Shown: positions 1 to 11,598 of the stretch, piece by piece
How the letters are laid out: every line of letters starts with the position of its first letter
Position numbering within the stretch: the stretch's first letter is position 1
Translations under genes and position numbers: made by a program
Assembly: GCF_963506605.1 (NCBI RefSeq)
Contig: NC_083276.1
Coordinates: forward strand, 85,188,001 to 85,252,000
DNA: 64,000 nt
Origin: Zootoca vivipara
Taxonomy: Eukaryota
Reading direction: 5' to 3'
Notes under the pieces: generated by a model
Seen by the model: the letters and a program-made list of their open reading frames with translations, nothing else
Databases searched by the model: none
Told to the model about the DNA's origin: nothing

Positions 1-779
1 TGAATATTAGGTGATATACTGGATAAGAGAAGTCAATATAGGAGTCAAATGGGTAGCTTTAGCCTAGAAGCTGGAGGGAATGTTCATTCAGAGAATAAGA
101 TCAGTTGGTATTTTGTGTTTCTCTCTTTCATTTTCTAGGGCACTTCCAGACCATCACTATTTCTGGCTGGGATGCAATCATATACTGTACCAGCAAATTT
201 CAGTGGCACAGTTAGAGTTGTACCACAAACCCACTTCCCCCCAAAATCAGACCTCTTCCCAATAAGGAAAATTACAGGAAAGGGTGGGATAATACTTGCT
301 TTATGCTCCCTGCAAACAAATCAGGATGAATGTTCAAAAAACCAATTGTCTGGAAGCAAACCTAGTTTCGGTTCCCAGTTAAGGTTGCCCACTTTAGCCA
401 GCTTGTGTAGCAGTGCCTTTAGCAATAGCTTACTGTATAGAATTTGGCAAGTGAAAAGAATGACCTTCTGATTTCTACACACCAATCTGCTAGTAAAGCA
501 GAAAAGCAGACCACTGGGGGGTGTATTTGTGGCTTTTTTGGAGTTGACAACTCTACTTCAAGTTTATGAGAGTCTTGCCCACTTTACAGATGGTAGGTTG
601 GCTATGAAGCTGATAGTGTTCTATGAAAGGACCTGTGTTGGTTTAATTGGTTGCTCACTTTTGAGTTCAAGTTATGTGATACGCCTGTGTTGCTGTTTTG
701 ATTCAGCTCTTTGAGTCTTCTATCTGCACTCTTTGTTGCATAACTGGTCATGGGTCATTTAACCTAGGAAATAGCATAC

Positions 780-1152
780 AGAGGACAGGACTAGAACTAA
801 TGGATGGAAGGTATAGGGAAGCAGTTTTGAGCTAAACCACAGGAGAAACTTCCTAATGATAACAGCCATTTAACAGTGGAGCAGACTTACCTAAAGAGGT
901 GGTGGGCTTTCCTTCGCTGTATACATTTAAGCTAGGTATGGGGAACCTTTGGCCCACTGGATGTTGCTACAACTCCCATCAGCCTCAGCAAGCATGGCCA
1001 ATGGCCAGGGATTATGGGAAATGTAGTTCAACAAATATCTGGGAAGCCATAGGTTCCTGACACCTAATTAAAGCAAAGGCTGTCAAGAATGCTGCAGTTG
1101 CATCCTGCATTGTAGATGGGGGTGGGCTAGATGATTTGCAAGGTCTTTCCCA
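780..1152 (+). mobile_element. CR1 LINE 3' fragment interrupted by a hAT MITE (932-1066)
   Basis: CR1-type 3' motifs (ACTAGAACTAATGG..AGGAGAAACTTCCTAA..GTGGTGGGC..CTAGATGA). The nested element has TSD ATTTAAGC/ATTAAAGC. Confidence 0.65.
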
Positions 1153-1811
1153 CATTTATTGTTTTAGGAATAGATTCTGTTCATGTTTGGATCAAACCTT
1201 TGCCTTGTATCTCTCTGTAATGGGGCTGTACCAAAACCTGTATTCTGAGTAGCTGAGGGGGGAATCTCAGACTTCTCCATTTCCATTGTGAGGGGTGAGT
1301 GAGCTATGTCTCTGCAGTCACAAGGGGAAGAAAGGAAATGAGCCATTGTGCCTTTGTATAAGAATCCCCAACTAAGGTTGCCAACTTTTCAGCTGGTCTC
1401 AGTAACTGTGCCATTAACAGCAGCTTGATATGCACAGGCATTAGCAGCTAAGGTTCATGCTGTGAAAAGCTTCCCTGCCAGATTTCTGAACGTGAAGATG
1501 CGGTTTAAAAACACAAGCCCAGACCAAACCACTTCTTCTGATTGGTTGGTAGCAATCCTATTGCTAACTGTGGCTCAGTTTGAGTTTCCTTCTGGTGTAA
1601 AAAACAAATGTTTGTCTGTGCCTTGCTGAGGCTTTAGGACTGGACCTTCAGTGTATTGTTGTGTGTGTCAGAGACAATGAATTCTGCTTAGCTTTCTCGG
1701 TTTGTATGCTAGCAGGTAAACCAACCAGCCTGCTGGGTATAAATAATAAATTATTATTATTATTATTTTATTAACAGATGCACAAAAAGAAAGATGGGTT
1801 TGGTAAATGCC

Positions 1812-1817
1812 TTTATT
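1812..1817 (-). terminator. CRYBA2: Probable CRYBA2 polyadenylation signal (AATAAA)
   Basis: TTTATT on + strand about 150 nt past the stop; a second copy at 1767-1772. Confidence 0.7.
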
Positions 1818-1897
1818 GGCTACCAGGTGCAGGTCTACTGCTTGGCGGGCCCTTGGGCGCAGAGGCAGGTGTGGGGGGTGCTGGTGGAGTGCAGGAG

Positions 1898-1898
<1 letters not shown>

Positions 1899-1958
<60 letters not shown>
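1899..1958. repeat. (GCT)20 microsatellite, read as (CAG)n in the CRYBA2 3'UTR
   Basis: 60 nt of uninterrupted GCT. Confidence 0.98.
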
Positions 1959-1968
1959 AAGACACAGC

Positions 1969-2116
1969 TCAGTGCTGGACACGGCGGATGGACTGGATCT
2001 GGTTGGTGTGGGCCTGGGTGCTGTATTCGCTGTACTTTTTGTATTCACCATTCTGTCTGTCCCGCTCCAGGACATATTGGTAGCCCCGGTACCCTGGGTA
2101 TTGATATGCCACCCAT
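1969..2116 (-). CDS. CRYBA2: Beta-crystallin A2, last coding exon (148 nt incl. TGA)
   Basis: [48 protein letters not shown]; the four exons total 591 nt = 196 aa + stop. Confidence 0.97.
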
Positions 2117-2511
2117 CTAGGGGATAAAGCAGAACATTGGCAATACAGGCACTTCCAGCCCCCAAAGCATATACTACACTGAAAAAGGGATAGTTCAGCC
2201 CCCCTTCCACTGCTTTTTAAACCCATATCCTTGGGGGGGGTTCCACTCCTCCTCCAGCAGCTGTTACTGATCAACCACTCTCAAAAGGGGCAGGACGCAA
2301 CTGGGGAAGGAGACCGGGAGCCTGGGATAGTTTCTCTTTAAAAAGGGAGGCAGCTATGACAATCCCAGGATTGCTCATGGTTCATCCAGCTAGCTGTGCT
2401 TATTGGTGTTCTTGGCAAAGTAAGCATGAGGTTATGGGAGGATTCCCTTCACAGAACATGAGGGGTGGGTGGCCCTTCCAACTTCGCTCCGACTCAGAAG
2501 GCATCACTTAC

Positions 2512-2654
2512 GCTCCAGAATTGACCTTGATAGAAGCCACCTCCTTGTTGCCCCAGCCCATGGCCTGCAGGGATGGATAGTCATCGCTGAGCTCAAACTT
2601 GCGTCCTTGGAAGTTCTCTGCCTCATACAGGGTCACTTTGCTGTCACTGTGGTT
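2512..2654 (-). CDS. CRYBA2: Beta-crystallin A2, coding exon 3 (143 nt)
   Basis: [48 protein letters not shown]; ctgcAG acceptor, GTAAGT donor. Confidence 0.97.
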
Positions 2655-3235
2655 CTGCAGGATAGGGTAAAGTAGAGGATGATTTGGCGTTGAACTGTCA
2701 CAGGCAAAATTCATTCATGCCCCATCTCTTAACAGGGTTCCCAGTTCCCAGTTCCTCTTCATCATGTCTTGATGAAGCGTCTTATTTCAGAACATGAAAC
2801 AGACCTCATTGCCACGCCCCCTTATTTTGGCATCCTAAAAGCAACTATCCAGATGCTTTTAGAGGCTCCCAGAATGAAGGTGATGACCATGATTTTTTGG
2901 GTGGGTGGGTCATTGGGTGGTGGTCAGTGGTATGCAGTCTCTGTGTGGGAACATCCCATACAGTTAGTAATATGGCTGATGGCAACTCTACTTACATCTT
3001 GAAGTTACTTCTTGGGACATCATGGCACCATTTCTGGATTTTTTTTAACAGACAGTCCTATCGTCAGTGGATGCTTCCCCAAGGCTATTTATTGTGGACT
3101 ACTTGGTGCTCCTCAGACATGCAAGTTTTGTGCAGGTGTTGTCTTCATCAAAATGCCATCCTATATTCCCTCCCCGCAATTCAATCCAAATACTATTTCT
3201 GTTGCTTTTTGTTTTATTTATCAGATATTCTATAG

Positions 3236-3376
3236 CAGCCATCCCCAAACTTGGCCCTTCAGCTGTTTTGGGACTACAACTCCCATCATCCCTAGCTACC
3301 ATAACAGGACCAGTGGTCAGGGACAATGGGAATTGTAGTCCCAAAACAGCTGGAGGGCCGAGTTTGGGGATGCCTG
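3236..3376. mobile_element. Palindromic hAT MITE, same family
   Basis: TSD TTCTATAG/TTCTAAAG. Confidence 0.85.
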
Positions 3377-3626
3377 TTCTAAAGAAACTGCAAATCCAGG
3401 TTAAATGGGGAAATAATATGGGGTGGCATTTTGTTGAAGATACTGTGTGAATGCTGTACAAAACTTGCATGCATAAGTAGCACCAAGTGTAGAATAAATT
3501 GCTGTATGGAAGTACCTTATGCCTTTCATCACAAATGTATGGTGATATGACTGAAGCCATAAACTCCTGGTTGGACTAAGAAAGGAGAGGGTCCCAGTTT
3601 AGGGATAAGAAATCGAAGGACTAGAG

Positions 3627-3763
3627 CAGGCATCCCCAAACTCGGCCCTCCAGATGTTTTGGGACTACAATTCCCATCATCCCTGACCACTGGTCCTGTT
3701 AGCTAGGGATGATGGGAGTTGTAGTCCCAAAAATATCTGGGGGGCCGAGTTTGGGGATGCCTG
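3627..3763. mobile_element. Palindromic hAT (Charlie/Buster-type) MITE
   Basis: Long inverted arms starting CAGGCATCCCCAAACTCGGCCC; perfect 8-bp TSD GACTAGAG. Confidence 0.88.
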
Positions 3764-6700
3764 GACTAGAGGCTTGGGGAGTCTTTTAATACCCAACAGA
3801 TAAACCACAAGTTCACCATGAGTTGCCTAACAGATGATCAAACACACCATGGCTTATTTCTCTGACATTTGGTTTATTTTCCAGCTGCCCTAGCCTCATG
3901 TCTTTTGGTGAGTGTCTGCAGTGAAGTGGTGAAACACACCATGTTTATGGAAGGGTGCTGGAGTCACAGATAACACCAAGCCATAGTTAAAACAAACCAA
4001 GGGTTTCAAGCCAATAATAAACCACAGTTTCATATGGTGATTTGTTGGCAGTAAACAAACTATAGATACTGCTGGGCAGGGTTCACACATAATGCTAAAC
4101 CATAGTTTAATAAACCATAACTTAGTGTTGTGTGCGAACCAGGCCAGTTATGACAGAGGAAAGGAAGAAAGACAAGATCCTTGAATCTAAAAGAACACCA
4201 TTTGCTTTTCTTGCATTTTTATCCACCTTCTCTTCCAGCTTTCCTTTTCTTCACTTTCTTCCCTTTATTCCCCTGTGGCTAAGCCACTGTCCTATTGGCA
4301 GGTTGGATTGCAATGATCAGATTGCGGTGGATGGTAGAGCTCCTCAGGCATTGCTCTGAAGGGCCCTTTTCCTGCACAACCAGCAGCTGCCAAAATTCCC
4401 TGATCTGTATTATGGGCTTGCTCCCTTATTCCCTACCCCCTCCAATGCCAGTCCCTTCAACCATGTGAGGTCTCGTCATCCTTTGGATGATGCAACAATG
4501 TTTCTATTTGCTTCCCCTTATGACTGGACATCTATGTGGCCCACCTCCCTTCAAAACCCTTTTGAAAATCCACCTTTTTCCTTAAGGCTTTTGGCACAAC
4601 CCCTCTTAGTCTCCATCCCCTACAAAGCCTAACTGAACTGTAGACATATATGGTAAACTTCTCAGGAGCTGGAATCTGTATTTTGCACAGTGGTGATACT
4701 GCATGTGCACACACACACAGAGCATGCAAAGGAGTTTTATCATCCATTGCCTCTGGTTTCCCTAGATCAGAAGTCGGGACCCTGTGATCCTCCAGACATT
4801 GTTGAACTCCAACTCCTATAATTCCCAGCCTGCATAGCCAGTGGTCAGGGATGATGGGAGTTAAGAGACCAGTAACACCTGGAGGACCTCGGGTCCCCCA
4901 TCCCTGCCTTAGATGTCTGTTCTCCTTCAGCCTAGACTCTGCCTTACCATCCCTATCGCACAGCTTTCCTTTGCCTCTCACTTGGGCATCCTTGGGTATT
5001 GTGTGTGCTGCTGCCAAGCAGCTGTTGGTGAATGACTGTCAAGCATCTTTATGGGTATGTCTGTTAACATAGTCCCCAACAAGCAGAAAAGAAAGGCTTG
5101 GGATTCTATCCATTATGCAAAGAAAACCCTCCCGGCTTTCCAAGTGGTCAGGACGTGTAGTCTCTAGCTATCCTGCTGTGGACTCAAGGGGTTAAAACTG
5201 AAACTGGGCACAGCTGCATCCCCCCTCCCCCTCCCCTATCACCCATTCCTGCAGGCTGATCCTGCCAGCCAGAAACGAGATGATATCTCACACCCCTTTA
5301 TTAAAGCGCGGACATAATCTGACTAGTTGTTATTAAAGCCCAGAGATGAGGACGTGCAGAGATTTTAAACCCTGGTTAGGAACAGAAGCACAGCCGCTCT
5401 TCAAGATGGGGTGATATGCCATACTGGCTATAGCCTGTTTGGAGCGGGTACTATACATTCGCCTGGCTGACACTTGTGAAAAACAAAAACAAAAAACCCT
5501 TTCCTTTTCAATGCCAACCTTTCCCACCCTTGACCAGCTTTCTGACTTTAATGCTAAAAAAAAGCACCCCTCCCAACTTTTTCATTTGTCTATGGAAGCT
5601 TTTTAATATATGCCACTCCACATTCATTCATTCATTCATTCATTCATTCATTTAGTTTGTTCCTGCCATTGAGGCAGCTTCTTTGCCCCATAGCCATGTG
5701 CCAAACTGAGCTGTATGTCTCCCCTTTCTGCCCCAGCACTGTACAGTTTATAAACACCTGATTTCCCCCATAGGCTTGCCTTAGTTCAGTCCACTCTGCT
5801 TATGGATTGGGACACTTTTAGACAAAAAATGAGTCCAAAGCATGTGGTTCATTTTAGAGTTATTTACCGCCTTGGCTTGCAGGGTGTGTATTGTTTGTCA
5901 AACAGCCTGGGCCTCTTATTGATCTAGCCAAGGGACTCCGCCTTCTGACCGAGATGCTGCCATAAAAGCCCCAATGCACAGCACTTCTGCAGAGGGAGAT
6001 CTAAATTTTTCATTCTCAATCTCACTCAGTTTAGTGAAAGCAAGGGGAAGGGCTTGGAGGGAATTGTTCTACAGCAGTGATTTCTTCTCTAAGTTTGAAG
6101 GTGGCAACCCTAATCTGAGCCTTTCATTGGTTCAGATTAGGGTTGTGGAACCCCAGACCCTGATGAAGCTTTGAACAGAAGGGAAATATTGTCTCATCAC
6201 TGCAGGACTAAGATGGCAAAAATCAAACTCGGAGCCACTTGTGCTTCCATGCAACTGTAAAAGATGCATCTGGGCCTAGAAATCCTGTCTGAGATCAAAG
6301 CTATTTCTTCCCCATAGCCACCCTCATTTGTGAAAGGGCATGAAGATAAGCACGATTGCAACAGTGTTTGGCCCTGTCCTCTCGAGTACATATATTGTTA
6401 ACTGTTTATATGTGTCCCTTCCCTCCCCGGTTATTGAGTCACTATCTGGAGAATGGGCTTTTACCTTTAAGGCTCCCCAATGATGCAGGAGATGAGATCT
6501 CCGCAGCTTCTCCAAACCCCTTTCCCCTTTGTTCCTTCTGACTGCAGTCCTCGCCCTCATTCCACACTGAGCATAATTTTACATTTGCCCTGAGCCCCTG
6601 AAAATAAAAAGGTGGAAAACAGGAAGAGTGCCATGGTTTTAGTTGACTTGACAGGAGTTATACAGAAATCCGCAACAAGAGAGTACTGATGAAGAGCTCT

Positions 6701-7180
6701 GTATAACTCAAAAGCTTGCTTGCTACTGGATTAACAGCACTTCATTTGTCTGATAAAAACAATCACCTTCCTGTTGTGCATCTGTGGGATATCAGCTTGT
6801 CAGACAGCCTGTTAATTTCATTTCAGCTTTGTTAATGTCACTCCCCCTGGCAATTTCACTGAAACCACCTTTGTCCTTGATGACTCTTCTGTCATGCTTC
6901 CACTTAATTTATTGCAGGCAGCAAATGAAATCGGTATGTTCTGGAAGTAGCTTTGGTTAGGAGAGTACTTTTCAAAGAGATGGTGCTTGATCAATGAAAT
7001 ATGGTATTGTGGTTGTTGTTTCCACCACCATTTGGGGATCCTTTTGCCCCACCAGATAGTTTTGTTTCCTTTTACTTTGTGCTCTCTGAAACGAGGCCAG
7101 GAGGCACCCTTCTCCATTGGGGATTGGGTCCCTTTCAGGTGTTTTTTTTCAGGGACAAGAGAGTATATTATTGCACTCAC

Positions 7181-7322
7181 AGCACACTTGATAGTCCGGA
7201 AGGAGAGCAGGTGCTCGGTCCTGTAGCCACTGTTCCCACTCCAGGCCTCCCACCGAGGGTAGTCTCCTTTCTCCAAGATGAATTGCTGTCCTTGGTATTC
7301 AGGGTACTCAAACCCCACCCAG
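7181..7322 (-). CDS. CRYBA2: Beta-crystallin A2, coding exon 2 (142 nt)
   Basis: [47 protein letters not shown]; ttacAG acceptor and GTGAGT donor; phase fits the neighbouring exons. Confidence 0.97.
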
Positions 7323-7606
7323 CTGTAAAGATGAGAAGAGAGAGCGTGCAAATGCTCATAGCTTCAAATTTAAAACTCACAATAAAATTTAAAAATCAAA
7401 ATCAAATATTGCTCAAACCATCCAATAACTGCCTGCGAAACATTATGGGGTAAAAGACTGGCAGAAGCCCCCTATGGAATTCTCTCTCTCTCTCCCTCCC
7501 TCCTTCCACCCGTCAGCCATATATATCTGTGGATTCTCCAAGCATGTTGCTATTTCTTTTCAAGCCAGCTTTGCTAATATTGCTCAATGGACACCGAAGC
7601 ACTTAC

Positions 7607-7764
7607 GGGCCACTTTCCACCTTAATGGAGCGGATCTTGCGGAAGCCACGTTCCATGATGCTGGGACACTCCATCAGAAACTCACAGCGCTTCCCCTGGA
7701 AGTTTTCTTCCTCCCAGACGGTTATCTTGAATTGACCCAGGGTCTCCATGGGCTGGCTGGTCAT
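7607..7764 (-). CDS. CRYBA2: Beta-crystallin A2, coding exon 1 (158 nt)
   Basis: Reads MTSQPMETLGQFKITVWEEENFQGKRCEFLMECPSIMERGFRKIRSIKVESGP (Greek-key motif 1). ATG at 7764-7762, acceptor AG at 7780-7779 (exon starts 7778), donor GTAAGT at 7606-7601. Confidence 0.96.
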
Positions 7765-8311
7765 GGGCAGCTCTTCCGCTATAGAAATGCAAGGTGTGTG
7801 GGTTTTTAATGCTTGTTTCTGGTGGTGGCGGCAGCAGGGTGGGGTCAGCCCTGTCCCCCTGCACTACCCACAGAAAATCCAAAGTACATCCTGCTAGCAG
7901 CTATCATGGAGTAGCATCCGCAAGCACCATGCCACAGTTAAGAGAATGGGTCATGGAGAAGAGATAGACAGTAGCATCTGAAATGCTACAAAAAGTAATC
8001 ACTCTGAGTAGGATTATCTGGCTAAGTGATGAATTGTGCAGGCCAAGAGAGTCAGTCCATGATGCTCCTTTTCATCTATTCCTCCCCAATCATCTCATTT
8101 TACTACCACCTATCCTTGGCTAGTTTGTACAATGGAGCACCCCCCTGTCCTTGCTGACCAGCGGCTGGATTCATGCAAATGGTGGAGTGAGTCACAGTGG
8201 AAAACGGGTGCCTACACACCCGACTCTACCATTAGACAGGGCGATGCAGCTCACCCAAGGGAGCAGGTATGAAGGTCCTATTAAAGGGACCTTATTTCAT
8301 TTTATATTATA

Positions 8312-8391
8312 CAGGGTGAGTCCTTTAAAAGAAGCCCCGTGGATACAGAGTACACATGTTCTACAGGGCCTCTTTTAAAAGACTCACCCTG
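8312..8391. mobile_element. Tiny (80-bp) Tc1/mariner-type MITE
   Basis: TA|CAGGGTGAGTCCTTTAAAAGA ... TCTTTTAAAAGACTCACCCTG|TA. Confidence 0.78.
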
Positions 8392-9642
8392 TACTTTTCT
8401 GACACGGGAGCCAAATATATTGGGTCTTTTCTTTTTTCTTAAATGGAGCCAAATCTCATTCCTTCCTTTAACCTATAGTTCAGTCAACATCTGCAAGCCC
8501 TCGTAGGACTGTCAGTCCCCATGATCCAGCTGTATTCCTATCTAAGTTTATGAGGTATGTTGTCTGGAGTTGAAGGGAAATCAGAATCCAAGTGACAGGT
8601 CCCCTCCCCTCAATGGAAGAAAAGGTTTTGGAAAGCTTCCTTTACATTTTTATTGCACACAGCCTGGTGCCAGAATTGTGCCATTAGATTTCTGCTGGCC
8701 CCTTCCGTCTTACCTTATAGTGCACACTTACTTACACACCCACCCTTCAGTGCTGTGTTTCTGACTTTCCTGCCAAAGCATTCTAATCGTTACTTTTAAA
8801 AGAACAAAAGAAAAAAGGGTAGCACTGTTGCAGTTGTGGGTCATACAGAATGCTAGAGGTAGATGGGTCTGAAATGCCATTTAACATAGCCCTCTATCTA
8901 AAGGCATGACCAGCCATTCATCAACAACACCCATCAACTAATACAGTCCTGACCACAGCAAAGAGCAGGTGCATCAGGAAAGGTGCCGATAGAACAAACA
9001 TGTCCGAGTAACTCAAGAAAGCAAGCGAAACCAATACAGAACCATCCCCTGGAGGAATGTGCTGATCCTTTCCTGCCCAATTCATCCCCTTTGTCGGTTG
9101 ACCCAGAAATTATGAGTTGAAGTCCTTGCAGAGAAATCTTTCCCCAGTGATTCTCCAAGGGAAGGGAAGTATATAGGGAAGGGGGAGACACTCAGTTCCA
9201 TTCACATTTTCCAAAACAGTTATCCTTCAATTTTGTACTTATCCCAGTTTTGCAATGCAGTTCTCCAAGCAAACAATGTTTACAAAAATGCATGTATTTG
9301 GGGAAAGTGTGCATAGAAATGAATATGTTATGGGAAAATAACTTATAAAAATGCATTATATTAGGGGGAATGGCTAGCAAAAATGTGTACATTAATCAAA
9401 ACTGCATCCAAAAGTATGTTTATTAGGAGATATATACGCGCTAAAATGAAAATGAATTTTTATGAGAATTTAGGGAAATAAAGCACAAAATTGCTGCAGA
9501 AATATGAGGAATCAAATTTAAGACTGGAGAAACCGAGAGAACCAAAACTTAGGTCCATCCATCCCTACCAGGATACCACACATAAGGACACAGGGGGTGG
9601 GTCACTGGGGCTGTTTGGGGAGGGCAGGGGGCTGGTACTTAC

Positions 9643-9678
9643 TTGGCTGGCAGTGCACGGAGGCAAGAGTGGTGGTGC
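9643..9678 (-). other. CRYBA2: Short non-coding first exon of CRYBA2 (5' end approximate)
   Basis: CCAA|GTAAGT donor at 9642-9637, about 60 nt downstream of a TATATAA box. Coding exon 1 has an acceptor 14 nt before its ATG, which implies an upstream exon. Confidence 0.7.
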
Positions 9679-9701
9679 TGGGCTGGGGGACCCCAGCAGC
9701 A

Positions 9702-9765
9702 TTATATAGCCTGGCTTGGCCAAGTGTCCAATGACTGCGCACCAATAGGTTGTGCTGAGTCAGCA
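9702..9765 (-). promoter_or_regulatory. CRYBA2: CRYBA2 promoter: TATA box, CCAAT motifs and perfect T-MARE (large-Maf site)
   Basis: TATATAA at 9708-9702, CCAAT at 9742-9746, and the 13-bp TGCTGAGTCAGCA at 9753-9765, which is the consensus Maf recognition element typical of crystallin promoters. Confidence 0.8.
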
Positions 9766-11171
9766 GTGGAAGCTGTGGGAGGTGAAGCAGCCCAGCCCCA
9801 GCCTGCGCTGTCCATTCCTCTTACCCATCATGGTGAGATGCCTCTCCTCTCTCCTGAGGCTAACAATGGGAAGCACTGGGCATGTTTGCTTAGCAGCGGA
9901 GGGACACAAAAGACAAAGGCCCTGACGTGCCATTTTCCTTTCACCCTCCAAACAATGCCTCTGCTCAGCTGGAGGATTAAGAACACGGCCCTTTCCCAGG
10001 GCATTGCACGGGAAAGGCTGGCAGCCATTCCACAGGACAGTGAAGCTACCCCTGGCGCCATCAGGGATGCCACTCTAGAGAAATGCCCCCCTCTGCCCCA
10101 AGTGCCTCATCCTTTCCTGTCCCTGGCATTGTGCCCCTCAGAGTGTGAACCTTCCCGAGCCTACACATCTGGGGTGATTCAAAAACCCTCAACTTAGCTC
10201 CAGACTTCGTGACTCAGATTCCCCCTCTTGACTGTAGTTTCCTTCTTACAGAGCTACAATGGGCAGCACCCTGAACAAACTACAGTTCCCAGGTTCCTTT
10301 GGGGGGAATCATGTGCTTTAAATGTGTGTTGGATGTGCTGTAAATGTATGATGTGGGCCTGCCACACCAAAGCGATAAGAATGCACATTTCTGCTTTGGC
10401 ACCCTTTACATTTTACCCTTTGACTGCTATCCCATAGGGGTGGAGAACCTGCAGCCTTCCAGGTGTTGGTGGATTACAATTTACATCCTCCCTGACCATT
10501 GGGTGTGCTGGCTGCGGCTGACAGGAGCTGCAATCCAACAGCTGGTGTGTTACAGGTCCCCCCAGCCCCTGTTGTACCTAGTTGGGGTAACAGCTGTAGG
10601 GAATAAGTCTACTCCAAAGTAGTAGATAATAAGCAAGAATCCACATCTAAAGTAACCTGGAGGCATATGTCAACAACTACCGTAATAGGTAAATGCCACA
10701 AAAGCATGTTATTTCCCTTTAAGAATTCTGGGTGCACAGTTACAATTTTTAATCAACCTTAGGAAACTACAGTGTCCAGAATTCTTTGAGGAAAAGAATG
10801 TGCTTTAAAAGTATCGTATACACAGAGCCATAATGTATGCGCAGCCTTGTGGGGTTGCGTTCCAGCCACAGTGATGGTAGAGTACTTGCCTTGCACAACA
10901 ATGAAGGGCTGTCCATTTGTATTTCAGAGTAACCTCTGTGGGAGCCACACCTGGTTCAGTGGCCTCCCAGCCCATTCTATTTTTGCAGAAATCCTTCCAC
11001 GAAAATCCAGCACTCTGTTGTGGTTGTTGAGAATCCCACCCTGGCCCACAAGGGGGTGCAAAAGGGCAGGAATTGTTCAGGGAACTGCAAGAGAGAAAAA
11101 CAATCGATAGCCACTCACTGAAATGAATCAAAACTATTTTCCCCTTGCTTTCCCCTTTTGATGTTCTATAC

Positions 11172-11304
11172 CAGGCTTCCTCAACCTCGGCCCTCCAGGT
11201 GTTTTGAGACTACAACTCCCATCATCCCTGACCACTGGTCCTGCTAGCTAGGGATGGAAGTTGTAGGCCAAAAACTTCTGGAGGGCTGAGGTTGAGGAAG
11301 CCTG
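11172..11304. mobile_element. Palindromic hAT MITE, same family
   Basis: CAGGCTTCCTCAACCTC inverted ends; TSD TTCTATAC/TTCCATAG. Confidence 0.8.
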
Positions 11305-11344
11305 TTCCATAGATTATTACAATTCTGTATTGATAGGTTTAGAT

Positions 11345-11598
11345 CAGGGGCCATCAACCTTTTTCAGCAGGGGGCCAGTCCACTGTTCCTCAGACCTTGT
11401 GGGGGGCTGGACTATTTTGGGGGGGGGGGGTGAATGAATGAATTCCTATGCCCCACAAACAACCCAGAGATGCATTTTAAAGAAAAGGGCACGTTCTACT
11501 TATGTAAAAACATGCTGATTCCTGGACCATCCGCGAGCTGGATTTAGAAGGCGATAGGGCCGGATCTGGCCCCCAGGCCTTAGTTTGCCTACCCTTGG
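11345..11598. mobile_element. Non-autonomous hAT element
   Basis: CAGGGG.. / ..TTTGCCTACCCTTG ends flanked by TTTAGAT-containing duplications. Confidence 0.65.

Noticed and set aside
1-1800. FEV exons expected downstream of CRYBA2 by synteny
   Set aside because: No ETS-domain coding sequence seen; FEV probably lies outside the window.
1668-2210. ORFs with poly-Ser, -Ala, -Leu or -Cys runs
   Set aside because: Artefacts of the (GCT)20 repeat overlapping the CRYBA2 last exon.
9643-10197. 184-aa + strand ORF
   Set aside because: Antisense across the CRYBA2 promoter; no recognisable domain or splice support.
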